Virus record (IMG/VR): IMGVR_UViG_3300032116_000004
Coordinates: 186,001-250,000 of that record
Direction: 5' to 3' (one strand)
DNA length: 64,000 nt
A model generated the notes under the pieces. The model ran no database searches. It had not been told where the DNA came from and worked only from the letters and a program-made list of their open reading frames with translations. Made by a program: the position numbers and the translations under genes. This document shows, piece after piece, positions 45,344 through 54,738 of the stretch. Position 1 is the first letter of the stretch, and each line of letters opens with the position of its first letter.

Positions 45344-46483
45344 ATGAAAAAAACAGCGATTGCAGGTATCCTGGCAGCGACTCTAGCGGGTGCCGTGCAT
45401 GCTCAGAGTAATGTCACAGTCTACGGTGTATTGGACACAGGTGTAGTCAGTGCAAGTAACTCCGGCACGGCCAATGGTCAGTTCACAGGCGTAGTAAGTG
45501 GTATCCACGGAGCCAGCCATATTGGTTTTAGAAGCACTGAAAAAATTGATAACAAATTGACAGTAGGTGTCAAAATTGAATCCGACATCAACGTGGCAAA
45601 CGGAACACAAGGACTAGCATCAGGATCTGGTTCAGCTAACGCTGTGTTTGCTCGTGGATCCAATGTGTTCTTGCAACACACTGACCTTGGCACAGTGACG
45701 ATCGGTCGACAAGACAATGCGGCCTGGAGCACATATTCCAGCCTAGACTCGCGTCGCCACAGCAACTTTGGTGGTAATCCTGTGTTCCTGTCGGATGGTT
45801 CCAGTTTCGGCGGTACGGCCACTTCCAAAACAGGACTGAGCAAATACACAGGTGGTCCATTTGTGAGCCAGGCAATTCGCTATGATACGCCAACGTTTGG
45901 TGGGTTCAGCGCGACCTATGCTCGTATGTTTGGTAACGTAGCTGGTGACATGGATGCCAGCGCAGCCGACCAAGTGGTCTTGCGCTACGACAACAAAGGC
46001 ATGGTGTTTGGTGCTGTGGGTTATTACAATACCAATGCCAGCACTGGTACAAGCCAAGGACGCAACAATTATGCAGGCGTAGGTATCCGTGCTACCAAAG
46101 ATCTCACTCTGTTGACCAACTACTGGAAGATGGAAGACCCCAACGGTGCCGGAGCCGCAAACACCAAATTTGATCTTTACAGCGTGGGTGCTCGTTATCA
46201 GATCAATCCTAAGTTGGAGGCCACTGTTGGTTTCTATCGCTTAGAGGACAAGATCAACAGCAACAATGGTGCTGATCGTCAGTCCGCTGGTCTAGCATAC
46301 TCACTCAGCAAGCGCACCACACTCATGGCCATGGCTTCTTATGCGCAAAACAAAGGAACCACTGGATTTGCAGCCTGGGGCGGCGGTGGATCTAATGCCA
46401 ATACTTTAGGCAACAGTTTTGGATTGAATGCCGCTGGAATTGATCAGAAGGCCTATGCTGTAGCGATCCGTCACAGCTTCTAA
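45344..46483 (+). CDS. Gram-negative general porin (Burkholderiales-type)
   Basis: AQSNVTVYGVLD, TIGRQ, YSLSKRT, terminal RHSF. Confidence 0.93.
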   Translation: MKKTAIAGILAATLAGAVHAQSNVTVYGVLDTGVVSASNSGTANGQFTGVVSGIHGASHIGFRSTEKIDNKLTVGVKIESDINVANGTQGLASGSGSANAVFARGSNVFLQHTDLGTVTIGRQDNAAWSTYSSLDSRRHSNFGGNPVFLSDGSSFGGTATSKTGLSKYTGGPFVSQAIRYDTPTFGGFSATYARMFGNVAGDMDASAADQVVLRYDNKGMVFGAVGYYNTNASTGTSQGRNNYAGVGIRATKDLTLLTNYWKMEDPNGAGAANTKFDLYSVGARYQINPKLEATVGFYRLEDKINSNNGADRQSAGLAYSLSKRTTLMAMASYAQNKGTTGFAAWGGGGSNANTLGNSFGLNAAGIDQKAYAVAIRHSF

Positions 46484-46503
46484 AAACAAAAAGGAATACA
46501 ATC

Positions 46504-47442
46504 ATGAAGAAAATCGTTACTTCTGCGATGATGTCATTCCTTTTCGCTATCTCTGGGCCGTCGCTGGCTCAGTCGATAGTGGGAGGGTTTGGTAGCACGA
46601 CTACAGAATACAAAATCATCACCAACAATCCAGTGGGGGCCGGTGCTGATGTGTTGGCACGCAAAATCAGCCAGATCATGCAAGAACGTCATAACATCAA
46701 CAGCAAGGTCTACAATATCACCACAGGCGGCGGTTTAGCATCCGCTCAAGAATTTAAGAAGGAACGACTTGCAGTCACTATCACCAGCGCCAGTGCATTG
46801 GCTTATCTACCTATACAACTAGGCAATGTAGGTTATACCCGTGCAGATTTTAACGTGATCAACGAGATTGGGATCGGCGGGGTCATTTGGTTTTCTTCTG
46901 CTGACAGCGGGATCAATGATCTCGATGATCTTGTCAAAGTTTTACCTACCTTGCCCAAGTCATCGGTTTCTGTTGGTGCTGCCGACGGTGGTTCGAACGC
47001 CCAGGCATTCTTGAAAACCAAGAATCTAAAAGTTCCTGTGGTCACTTTCCGTTCAAACTCAGATGCTGTGTTACAGGTGGCCGGTGGTCATGTGCCGGTT
47101 GGCGTGGTTACTTTGACCACTGAGCAGATTTGGACTTTTGCGGCAGAGAAAAAGATCAAGATCCTTGGAGTCACAAGCAAAAAGACCCTGGAACATCGTG
47201 GACATAAGATCCCATCAATCAATGAGAAATTTGGAGTTCCTATCCTACCGGGCGGTGCTTTCTTGGCCATGACCCCGGGCGACACAGTCGAGCATCGTGC
47301 TCTCAAAGTCGCTTTGTTGGAGGCTCTCAAAGATCCAGAAATCGAAGCCATAAAGAAAAAATACTGGCCCATGGGTAACTACATCACGCTGGATGAAATC
47401 ATTCAAGTGGCACAGAAAAATCAAGATCTTATCAAGAAATGA
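46504..47442 (+). CDS. Divergent Bug/TctC periplasmic binding protein
   Basis: Signal peptide, GAGADVLAR, QVAGGHV, KILGVT. Confidence 0.8.
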   Translation: MKKIVTSAMMSFLFAISGPSLAQSIVGGFGSTTTEYKIITNNPVGAGADVLARKISQIMQERHNINSKVYNITTGGGLASAQEFKKERLAVTITSASALAYLPIQLGNVGYTRADFNVINEIGIGGVIWFSSADSGINDLDDLVKVLPTLPKSSVSVGAADGGSNAQAFLKTKNLKVPVVTFRSNSDAVLQVAGGHVPVGVVTLTTEQIWTFAAEKKIKILGVTSKKTLEHRGHKIPSINEKFGVPILPGGAFLAMTPGDTVEHRALKVALLEALKDPEIEAIKKKYWPMGNYITLDEIIQVAQKNQDLIKK

Positions 47443-48575
47443 CCCTGAGTAAAAATCGCGGATACTGGAGAGTCAACGGAGAATGCTTTGACAACAAAGT
47501 CAAGGCTATACTGGCGGCACAACACCAGGGACTCGGATTTGATGATGTCAGTTATCATTACAATGATGAGTGGTATGATCAACATGACTGGTCAGTGGAG
47601 CCAAAAGAAACACTGGATGAACTGTATCTAAAAAGAGCCCAACAACTGAGAGAAAAATACAAGACTCTTATTTTGCGATACAGCGGTGGCGCCGACAGCC
47701 TCAACATACTAAGGACTTTCGTTGATAACAACATCAAACTTGATATAGTCACTATGAACGAGTGGCATGCACCTGGCACAGATCCGTGGCTTTCAATTGC
47801 CAACGTAGAAAAAAATCTAATAGCCAAACCGTTCGTCGAGGATCTTGTCAAAAAAGGTGCAAACTTCAAAGTAATTGTCAATGATTTCAGTCCTACCATT
47901 TCGGTGTTAGGGTCTGATCCTGGTTGGATATTTGACATCGATGCTCCTAGATTTAATTGTATCGATATAACTGCTCATAGAGCATGCACCACTGAAGAAT
48001 TCGAAGAATGGAATGATCCTTCTACCGCGGTGATTGTTGGCGTAGACAAGCCCAAAGTTTGGGTCAGAAATGGAGGTAAAATTTGGTATTTTTCGCAAAA
48101 TGATACATTACACTCGATGCACAATCGGGCTGATCATATGATACCGGAACCTTTTTATTGGTCAGCAGATCTGCCGGAATTGGTCATAAAACAATGCCAT
48201 GTTGTTAAAAATTATTGGAGGCACCATCTAGACAAAGTAGATATAACCGAAAATGATAAACAATCAATACAGAAAAAAACTCAAGTGATTCCTTTGATTT
48301 ATCCTAAATATTATGGTCACCTGGATCCTCATGCTTCCGAACTTCCTTACTGGGATCATGATGACATAAATTCACAATATCGAAACGGAAACCATCAATC
48401 TCCGCGTGGATATGGCTGGGATTGGGAGTTCCATAAGTCTCCATATTTTAAAGTCTGGAAAGACGGCATAGACCTGGCAGACAGAATTATCCATCGACGG
48501 TTTAAAACCAAAGATACTATCTGGGAAAATGGGCTACTTGTCTGCCGGACTAAACCTAGATGGTTAGGTAAGTGA
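47439..48575 (+). CDS. PP-loop (adenine nucleotide alpha hydrolase) protein
   Basis: YSGGADS, GVDKP, FYWSADLPELVIKQCH shared with 30431-31615. Confidence 0.65.
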   Translation: MTLSKNRGYWRVNGECFDNKVKAILAAQHQGLGFDDVSYHYNDEWYDQHDWSVEPKETLDELYLKRAQQLREKYKTLILRYSGGADSLNILRTFVDNNIKLDIVTMNEWHAPGTDPWLSIANVEKNLIAKPFVEDLVKKGANFKVIVNDFSPTISVLGSDPGWIFDIDAPRFNCIDITAHRACTTEEFEEWNDPSTAVIVGVDKPKVWVRNGGKIWYFSQNDTLHSMHNRADHMIPEPFYWSADLPELVIKQCHVVKNYWRHHLDKVDITENDKQSIQKKTQVIPLIYPKYYGHLDPHASELPYWDHDDINSQYRNGNHQSPRGYGWDWEFHKSPYFKVWKDGIDLADRIIHRRFKTKDTIWENGLLVCRTKPRWLGK

Positions 48576-48584
48576 TCACTGACC

Positions 48585-48606
48585 ACCCTGCTACAAGCAG
48601 GGTTTT
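48585..48606 (+). terminator. Intrinsic terminator
   Basis: ACCCTGCT-ACA-AGCAGGGT-TTT. Confidence 0.75.
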
Positions 48607-48623
48607 GTTGTATTTTTACAACA
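48606..48623. promoter_or_regulatory. Palindromic operator-like site
   Basis: TGTTGT-N6-ACAACA, 10 nt before -35. Confidence 0.55.
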
Positions 48624-48633
48624 ATCATTTAGA

Positions 48634-48662
48634 TTGACCAGAAATAGCCATTTTGCTACAAT
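48634..48662 (+). promoter_or_regulatory. sigma70-type promoter
   Basis: TTGACC-17-TACAAT. Confidence 0.75.
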
Positions 48663-48694
48663 ATAGGTATAGTAAACATTACAGGAGCCCTACT

Positions 48695-48946
48695 GTGAAA
48701 TCACTCAAAGCCTATGTAGATCAAAAGAATCAATGGAACGCTATTTTTGGCGGCCGGCCATTGGTCATTGGCCAAGATAATCAACGCATCGCCGACATGA
48801 TCGACGGTGATCTTTCCCCAGAAAATCTCACCTGCGACGGAGAATTGCCTCGCAGTCAAGTTCAAACTCGTTATCGTCAACTCACGGCCGCGGCACAAGA
48901 ACTACGTCGTCTAGATCCCACAGTAAAGTTTTATGAGTTCTCTTGA
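48695..48946 (+). CDS. Hypothetical protein
   Basis: AGGAG SD, GTG start. Confidence 0.6.
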   Translation: MKSLKAYVDQKNQWNAIFGGRPLVIGQDNQRIADMIDGDLSPENLTCDGELPRSQVQTRYRQLTAAAQELRRLDPTVKFYEFS

Positions 48947-48947
48947 G

Positions 48948-48976
48948 TTGACTGAAAAATCAATTCAGCATACAAT
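48948..48976 (+). promoter_or_regulatory. sigma70-type promoter
   Basis: TTGACT-17-TACAAT. Confidence 0.7.
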
Positions 48977-49008
48977 TATAAAATCGTAAACAAGAAGGAG
49001 TAAGCCCT

Positions 49009-50103
49009 ATGTCAGTTGAACATCGCACCGTTACCGCGGTTGGTGCCCGCAAATCGATCAAGAAGTGCTTCGACAAGAAGCGTCCCCTGTTCCTGTGGGG
49101 TCCCCCCGGAATCGGCAAGTCAGAAGTGGTAGCAGACATCACCCGCGAATTGGGCGGTTTGATGATCGACCTTCGCTTGGGCCAGATGGATCCAACCGAT
49201 ATCCGTGGTATTCCGTTTTATAACAAAGAAGTAGGCAAGATGGATTGGGCACCCCCCATTGACTTGCCCGATGCAGAAACCGCCAGCCAGTATCCGGTAG
49301 TGGTATTGTTCTTGGATGAGATGAATTCTGCGGCTCCGGCTGTGCAAGCGGCCGCTTACCAGTTGGTGCTCAACCGCCGTGTGGGCAAGTATATCCTGCC
49401 AGACAATGTAGTGCTGGTAGCCGCGGGCAATCGCGAATCAGACAAAGGTGTGACCTATCGCATGCCTACTCCGTTGGCCAATCGCTTCGTCCACTTAGAG
49501 ATGCGAGTTGACTTTCCTGTGTGGCAAGAGTGGGCTGTCAATAACAGCATCCACAAAGATGTGGTAGGTTACTTGAGTTTTGCCAAGCAAGACCTCTACG
49601 ACTTTGATGCAAAATCTGCGTCACGCTCGTTTGCTACTCCACGCTCGTGGACCTTTGTGAGCGAACTCTTGGCAGACGAAGATGTGGACGAGACCACTTA
49701 CACTGATCTCATCGCAGGTGCTGTGGGTGAAGGCTTGGCAGTGAAGTTCATGGCGCATCGCAAAATCGCATCTAAGATGCCCCGGCCTGAAGACATCTTG
49801 TCAGGCAAGGAAAAAGAACTCAAGGTCAAAGAAGTATCGGCCATGTATAGCCTGGTGATCTCCATGTGCTATGAACTCAAAGGTGCTATCGAGCGCAAGG
49901 TCAAGGATTCAGAGTTCCATGCCATGTCTGACAACTTCTTCCGCTACATGATGGACAATTTCGAGACTGAACTGGTTGTGATGGGTGCTCGTATCGCGCT
50001 CACCACATACAATCTTCCGTTCCAACCTACCAAGCTCAAGAACTTCGACGAGTTCCATCAGCGGTATGGCAAGTATATTCTCAGCGCAAGCCAGAATTCC
50101 TAA
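49009..50103 (+). CDS. MoxR-like AAA+ ATPase
   Basis: GPPGIGKS, LFLDE, AAGN, NRF, TPRSW. Confidence 0.92.
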   Translation: MSVEHRTVTAVGARKSIKKCFDKKRPLFLWGPPGIGKSEVVADITRELGGLMIDLRLGQMDPTDIRGIPFYNKEVGKMDWAPPIDLPDAETASQYPVVVLFLDEMNSAAPAVQAAAYQLVLNRRVGKYILPDNVVLVAAGNRESDKGVTYRMPTPLANRFVHLEMRVDFPVWQEWAVNNSIHKDVVGYLSFAKQDLYDFDAKSASRSFATPRSWTFVSELLADEDVDETTYTDLIAGAVGEGLAVKFMAHRKIASKMPRPEDILSGKEKELKVKEVSAMYSLVISMCYELKGAIERKVKDSEFHAMSDNFFRYMMDNFETELVVMGARIALTTYNLPFQPTKLKNFDEFHQRYGKYILSASQNS

Positions 50104-50114
50104 ACGGTTCAGGG

Positions 50115-50387
50115 TTGGATCCACTTTCGGAAACGAGACATAGGGCTATGTCGGATCCAACCCATCTTTTCTCCCAACCACCCGTGAGGGTGGTTTTCGC
50201 ACCTTACGATCATGACCGAGTGCAGGAAGTCCTGGTGCAAGTGTGTCGAGAATTTGGCCGTCCTGGAGCACGTTGGAAGTATCGTAGTCCCGACATAGGC
50301 ACCATCGAAGACAATGTATGGGTGGTGGATTTCCATTTTGCCAATCCACATGATGCAATCATATTTGGTCTTAAATATCAACGATGA
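50115..50387 (+). CDS. Hypothetical protein
   Basis: ORF in operon order. Confidence 0.5.
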   Translation: MDPLSETRHRAMSDPTHLFSQPPVRVVFAPYDHDRVQEVLVQVCREFGRPGARWKYRSPDIGTIEDNVWVVDFHFANPHDAIIFGLKYQR

Positions 50388-50737
50388 GATACAAGATAGT
50401 CAAACTGGATGGTCGTTGGAGTTACAGAAAATACTTCGAGTATGCTGTGATTTTTTCTGGTCGCATGAGCAACAGCCAAGGTCCCATGCAGTTTGCCGAA
50501 GCACAGAAATATTTCTTTGATATCTATGGCTGGAGTGCCGAGATACGCCAGTGGGCTGACATCCGAGAGTATCATCACAATGTGTGGAACTATATCAAAC
50601 CCCCGCCCGTGGGAATCATGCCCGAATGCGTGAACCCCATGTGGTCATGGACCAATGGCTACGAAGATCTGCGTATATACGTGAAAAGCCAGCAAGAACT
50701 CACGCTGTTCACGCTGAAATACCCGGTTGACCAATAA
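50384..50737 (+). CDS. Hypothetical protein
   Basis: Coupled ORF. Confidence 0.6.
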   Translation: MRYKIVKLDGRWSYRKYFEYAVIFSGRMSNSQGPMQFAEAQKYFFDIYGWSAEIRQWADIREYHHNVWNYIKPPPVGIMPECVNPMWSWTNGYEDLRIYVKSQQELTLFTLKYPVDQ

Positions 50738-50755
50738 TTCCATTTTATGTATAAT
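50727..50755 (+). promoter_or_regulatory. sigma70-type promoter
   Basis: TTGACC-17-TATAAT. Confidence 0.8.
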
Positions 50756-50781
50756 AATAGAATACAGTGAAGGAGCACCCT

Positions 50782-52065
50782 ATGTCTACAGCACAAACTA
50801 CCACCCAAAACAAAGACGACGCTAAAAAGTTTGAAAATCTCCTGGGCCCCATGGATCCCAAACTAGATCGCGAAGTGCGCGAGATGCTGGTCACTGCCCG
50901 TGTGGGACTCCTGCTCCGTGCTTCATTCTTTGGCAATCTGGCCACTCGTTTGAAGTTGGTCAATGCCGATGAGTGGTGTCCTACTGCCGCCACAGACGGG
51001 CGCCATTTTTATTATAACAGCCGATTCATCAAACTACTCAAACCCAAAGAGATCGAGTTTTTGTTTGGGCACGAGGTCTTGCATTGTGTGTATGATCACT
51101 TTGGTCGCCGTGGCGATCGTGATCCACAGTTATTCAATATCGCCAATGACTTCTGTGTCAACGCAGATTTGAAGAAGCATCGCGTGGGCGAGTTCATCAC
51201 TTCAGTGCCTTGCTTGTATGATGCCAAGTTTGAAGGCAAGAGTTCTGAAGAGATCTATGACTATCTCTACGAGAACGCTGAAAAAATCAACATCAATGAC
51301 CTCATCGACAAATTGCTGGATGAGCACATGGATGGCGACGAAAATGGCGATAGCGGGTCCGATGGCGACAAAGAAGGCAAGGGCAAAGGTCGCCCCAAAC
51401 TGAGTGCCGAAGAGCGTGCCAAGATCCGTGACGAGATCAAAGAAGCCATGCTGGCGGCCGCCCAAGCATCGGATGCAGGCAACATCCCGGCCGGTGTCAA
51501 ACGCATGATCCAGGATTTAACCGATCCCAAGATGAACTGGCGCGAACTGCTCCGTATGCAACTCGAGAGCACTATCAAGAGTGATTACACTTGGATGAAG
51601 GCCAGCCGACGTGGTTGGCACATGGATGCTGTGATGCCGGGCATGCGGAACACTGACGCTATCGATATCGCAGTGGCCATTGACATGAGCGGTTCAATCT
51701 CAGATGCGCAAGGCAAGGACTTCCTCAGCGAAGTCAAGGGCATCATGGAAAGTTTCGATTCCTATCGCATCCATTTGTTCACGTTTGATACCCAACCATA
51801 CAATCCGCAGAACTATAATTCCGACAATCTCGAAGATATCACAGACTATGATTTGCAAGGTGGTGGTGGCACCGACTTTGATGCTATATTCCAGCACTTG
51901 AAAGAAAACGAGATCGAACCCAAGCGCCTGGTGGTGTTCACAGACGGTTATCCGTTTGGAAGTTGGGGCGATGAAAACTACTGCGACACAGTGTGGATCA
52001 TCCACGGAGACAAAAATCCAAACCCACCCTTTGGTGTATGGGCACTGTATGAGGAGCAACAGTGA
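50782..52065 (+). CDS. DUF2201-type metallopeptidase/VWA protein (MoxR partner)
   Basis: TAATDG, HEVLH, DMSGSI MIDAS, GGGTDF, VFTDG. Confidence 0.9.
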   Translation: MSTAQTTTQNKDDAKKFENLLGPMDPKLDREVREMLVTARVGLLLRASFFGNLATRLKLVNADEWCPTAATDGRHFYYNSRFIKLLKPKEIEFLFGHEVLHCVYDHFGRRGDRDPQLFNIANDFCVNADLKKHRVGEFITSVPCLYDAKFEGKSSEEIYDYLYENAEKININDLIDKLLDEHMDGDENGDSGSDGDKEGKGKGRPKLSAEERAKIRDEIKEAMLAAAQASDAGNIPAGVKRMIQDLTDPKMNWRELLRMQLESTIKSDYTWMKASRRGWHMDAVMPGMRNTDAIDIAVAIDMSGSISDAQGKDFLSEVKGIMESFDSYRIHLFTFDTQPYNPQNYNSDNLEDITDYDLQGGGGTDFDAIFQHLKENEIEPKRLVVFTDGYPFGSWGDENYCDTVWIIHGDKNPNPPFGVWALYEEQQ

Positions 52066-52194
52066 CCTTCAGTGAATTCATATACTTCGCCTGTGGCTTC
52101 TGGATGGGTTGGTGGATCGGTGAACCAATCATTCGATCTATCCCCAAGATCATTCGCGAGATCAGAGAAACCCGCTGGAGGCAATGAAGCAGAC

Positions 52195-52533
52195 ATGATC
52201 ACTAACTTGCACTCACGATCAGATTGGCTTTATACCAATACCAGTCCCAGTTCAGTGTATGTGGGCAATCAGCAGAGTGCAGGCATGTTGAGATATAATA
52301 CCCAAAGCAATCAACTGGAAGTGTATGACGGAAACAACTGGTTGAGTTTTGGCTCTGGTGCTACAGTAGGACTGTCTCCAGAAGCCGAGCAAATCTTGAG
52401 TTGGGGCAGAGAAAAAATGGCCGAAGAACACGAACTAGAGAAACTCATGAAAGATCACCCGGGTTTGAAGGAATTACACGAGAAATTCCTACTAATGAAG
52501 GCCTTGGTAGCACGAGAGTCTAAAAAACCGTGA
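52195..52533 (+). CDS. Hypothetical protein with fibre-type motif
   Basis: GMLRYN..LEVYDGNNW; start uncertain. Confidence 0.55.
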   Translation: MITNLHSRSDWLYTNTSPSSVYVGNQQSAGMLRYNTQSNQLEVYDGNNWLSFGSGATVGLSPEAEQILSWGREKMAEEHELEKLMKDHPGLKELHEKFLLMKALVARESKKP

Positions 52534-52576
52534 GATCAAGATCAAAAAGGTAAAACTGAAACAAAAACTACTCTGC

Positions 52577-52600
52577 AACCGCCGCTAAGGCGGTTTTTTT
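52577..52600 (+). terminator. Intrinsic terminator
   Basis: AACCGCC-GCTAA-GGCGGTT-TTTTT. Confidence 0.85.
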
Positions 52601-52645
52601 GTGGCATAAACTACGTAGATTTCTTTTTCGCTCGTAAATAGATGT

Positions 52646-52849
52646 ATGGAGAACCAACCCCAGAATCTATCAGTGTCAGACTTGATCATGCTTCAAAGCA
52701 TAGTGCAAGTGGCCTGTGAACGCGGTTGTTTCCGTGCCGATGAAATGAGCCAGATAGGTCAATGCTATGATCGATTGAGTGCTTGGTTGGCACAAATGAC
52801 TGCACCAGCAGAAACAGAGACACCCAACGAAGAAACAAAAGGAGAATGA
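52646..52849 (+). CDS. Hypothetical protein
   Basis: Coupled to next gene. Confidence 0.6.
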   Translation: MENQPQNLSVSDLIMLQSIVQVACERGCFRADEMSQIGQCYDRLSAWLAQMTAPAETETPNEETKGE

Positions 52850-53529
52850 CAATGTTCATTAAACACGTAGGTAAACAAGGCGATCGCAGGGTAGCCATTA
52901 TATTCAGAGAAGTGCCAGGTGAGGACCATATGTGTTTGGTCGTATATCCCGACGTTCTTCCAACTCACATGCATGATGCGCTGATGAAAGCCATCGAAAC
53001 ACCCGAAGCACAGCAGAGCGACAATCTAGCCGATGCTGTCCACAGACAGATGTTCCCGGATGGTCGTCCCATGCTAGTGGCTTTGCATTCAGAAGGCATG
53101 TTGAAAAAGATACAGACCGAAACAGTGATCGTGACCCCTACACCCACTGCTTCATGCAAACTCAGCGAACTCAACGACATCCTTCGCCAGATGAAAGAAG
53201 GCAAACAGGCCGTAGATAAGTTGGCCGAACTGGATGCCAATGCCGGAATTTCCGGCAAAGCCAAGGTCCGTGACGGTCTAGGACGTGAACTGCGTTCACC
53301 ACCTGCTGCCAGGACCAATCTCGCAGGCAGTAATCAAGTGTTGACAGACGACGCACTGGCTACAAATCTCCGACAACAAGCCGAGCGCATGTCTGCCGAA
53401 GCCAAGAGTCTATTGGCCGAGAGTGCCAGATTGATGGAGGAAGCGGCCACCATGACCGGCGCTCCTACCAAACCCGCTAAACCTAAAAAAACAACTAAAT
53501 CAAAGGTAGCGGATGCGGCTCAAAGTTGA
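52846..53529 (+). CDS. Hypothetical protein with coiled coil
   Basis: AAGGAG SD. Confidence 0.7.
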   Translation: MTMFIKHVGKQGDRRVAIIFREVPGEDHMCLVVYPDVLPTHMHDALMKAIETPEAQQSDNLADAVHRQMFPDGRPMLVALHSEGMLKKIQTETVIVTPTPTASCKLSELNDILRQMKEGKQAVDKLAELDANAGISGKAKVRDGLGRELRSPPAARTNLAGSNQVLTDDALATNLRQQAERMSAEAKSLLAESARLMEEAATMTGAPTKPAKPKKTTKSKVADAAQS

Positions 53530-53815
53530 TGACGTAGAAAAATGGGAAGAAGTGATCTCGTCAGTAGACAAAGATCACATCCCTATCGATTGTGTCAAAA
53601 AAGTCACAATCAAACTCAAGGGTAATCGACAGAAATCTATCAATCTAGAAATCCTGCGCCGTAATGGGCTGGATATCGAAGAGATTGAATCTGTGATGGC
53701 ACGCACCATGAATGAACTGGGCAACCAGATAGTAAATATCGATTTTGTTATCGATGTAAACACAGTGGCCCGTCATGTGCAACCACTCACTGACAAAATC
53801 CTAGGAAAACTATGA
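53513..53815 (+). CDS. Hypothetical protein
   Basis: Coupled ORF. Confidence 0.6.
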   Translation: MRLKVDDVEKWEEVISSVDKDHIPIDCVKKVTIKLKGNRQKSINLEILRRNGLDIEEIESVMARTMNELGNQIVNIDFVIDVNTVARHVQPLTDKILGKL

Positions 53816-54483
53816 ATGTTCGTTTGGTATCCTACAGTCAACCCACAGGTGAATTTAGACACATGGGCATCCAAGATGCGCAAGAACTCATTGCGTATTG
53901 CGCCCGTGTCAGCAATCCCGCCAACCAACTCAACACTGAATCATCAGAAAAGCTCATCAGATACTTGGTCCGACATCAACACTGGAGTCCACTGGAAATG
54001 GTCTCAGCCTGTTGCGAAATTACCACAACCAGAGACATCGCCAGACAGATACTTAGACATAGATCATTCTCATTCCAAGAGTTCAGTCAGCGATATGCTG
54101 ACCCTACTCGAGACCTCTCGTTCGTATGTAGAGAAGCACGGCTTCAAGACACTGCCAATCGCCAAAACAGCATCGCCGTGGATGATCCAATGTTACAGAT
54201 CGAATGGGAACGTGCCCAACAACGAGTTATCTATGCCGCCAAGCGAGAATATGAGTGGGCTATCGCTAATGGCATAGCCAAAGAACAGGCCCGTGCTGTG
54301 TTGCCAGAAGGTTTGATCGAAAGTAGGCTCTACATGAACGGCACCTTGCGTTCATGGATACACTTCATCGAACTGCGCAGTGGTAATGGCACACAAAAAG
54401 AACACATGGAAGTGGCTCGTGCCTGCGCCGAGGTCATAGCCAAAGTATTTCCTATGGCCACAGATCTGGTTGCACAATCCTAA
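53812..54483 (+). CDS. thyX: FAD-dependent thymidylate synthase
   Basis: HWSPLE, RQILRHRSFSFQEFSQRY, LRSWIHF..LR. Confidence 0.96.
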   Translation: MNVRLVSYSQPTGEFRHMGIQDAQELIAYCARVSNPANQLNTESSEKLIRYLVRHQHWSPLEMVSACCEITTTRDIARQILRHRSFSFQEFSQRYADPTRDLSFVCREARLQDTANRQNSIAVDDPMLQIEWERAQQRVIYAAKREYEWAIANGIAKEQARAVLPEGLIESRLYMNGTLRSWIHFIELRSGNGTQKEHMEVARACAEVIAKVFPMATDLVAQS

Positions 54484-54498
54484 TATACCTGTTATACT

Positions 54499-54738
54499 GT
54501 GACTGTGAAGGTCATATTCCATTCTTTTACCATGGGCGATGTAGATGATTTAGATATCTATGTGGCCCAACCCATTTACGAATGGCAACAGACTGACAAG
54601 GGAAAATGGGTCATGGACAACGCTTCCGACCTTAAGTATTATACCAGTGCCGACCCAACGACCTTTGGGCATAAAATCACCATCCAAGGGAAACTGGAGG
54701 ATATCAAAGCAACGGAGTATTATCTGCGATGGAGTTGA
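54499..54738 (+). CDS. Hypothetical protein
   Basis: ORF after TTGCAC-17-TATACT. Confidence 0.55.
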   Translation: MTVKVIFHSFTMGDVDDLDIYVAQPIYEWQQTDKGKWVMDNASDLKYYTSADPTTFGHKITIQGKLEDIKATEYYLRWS

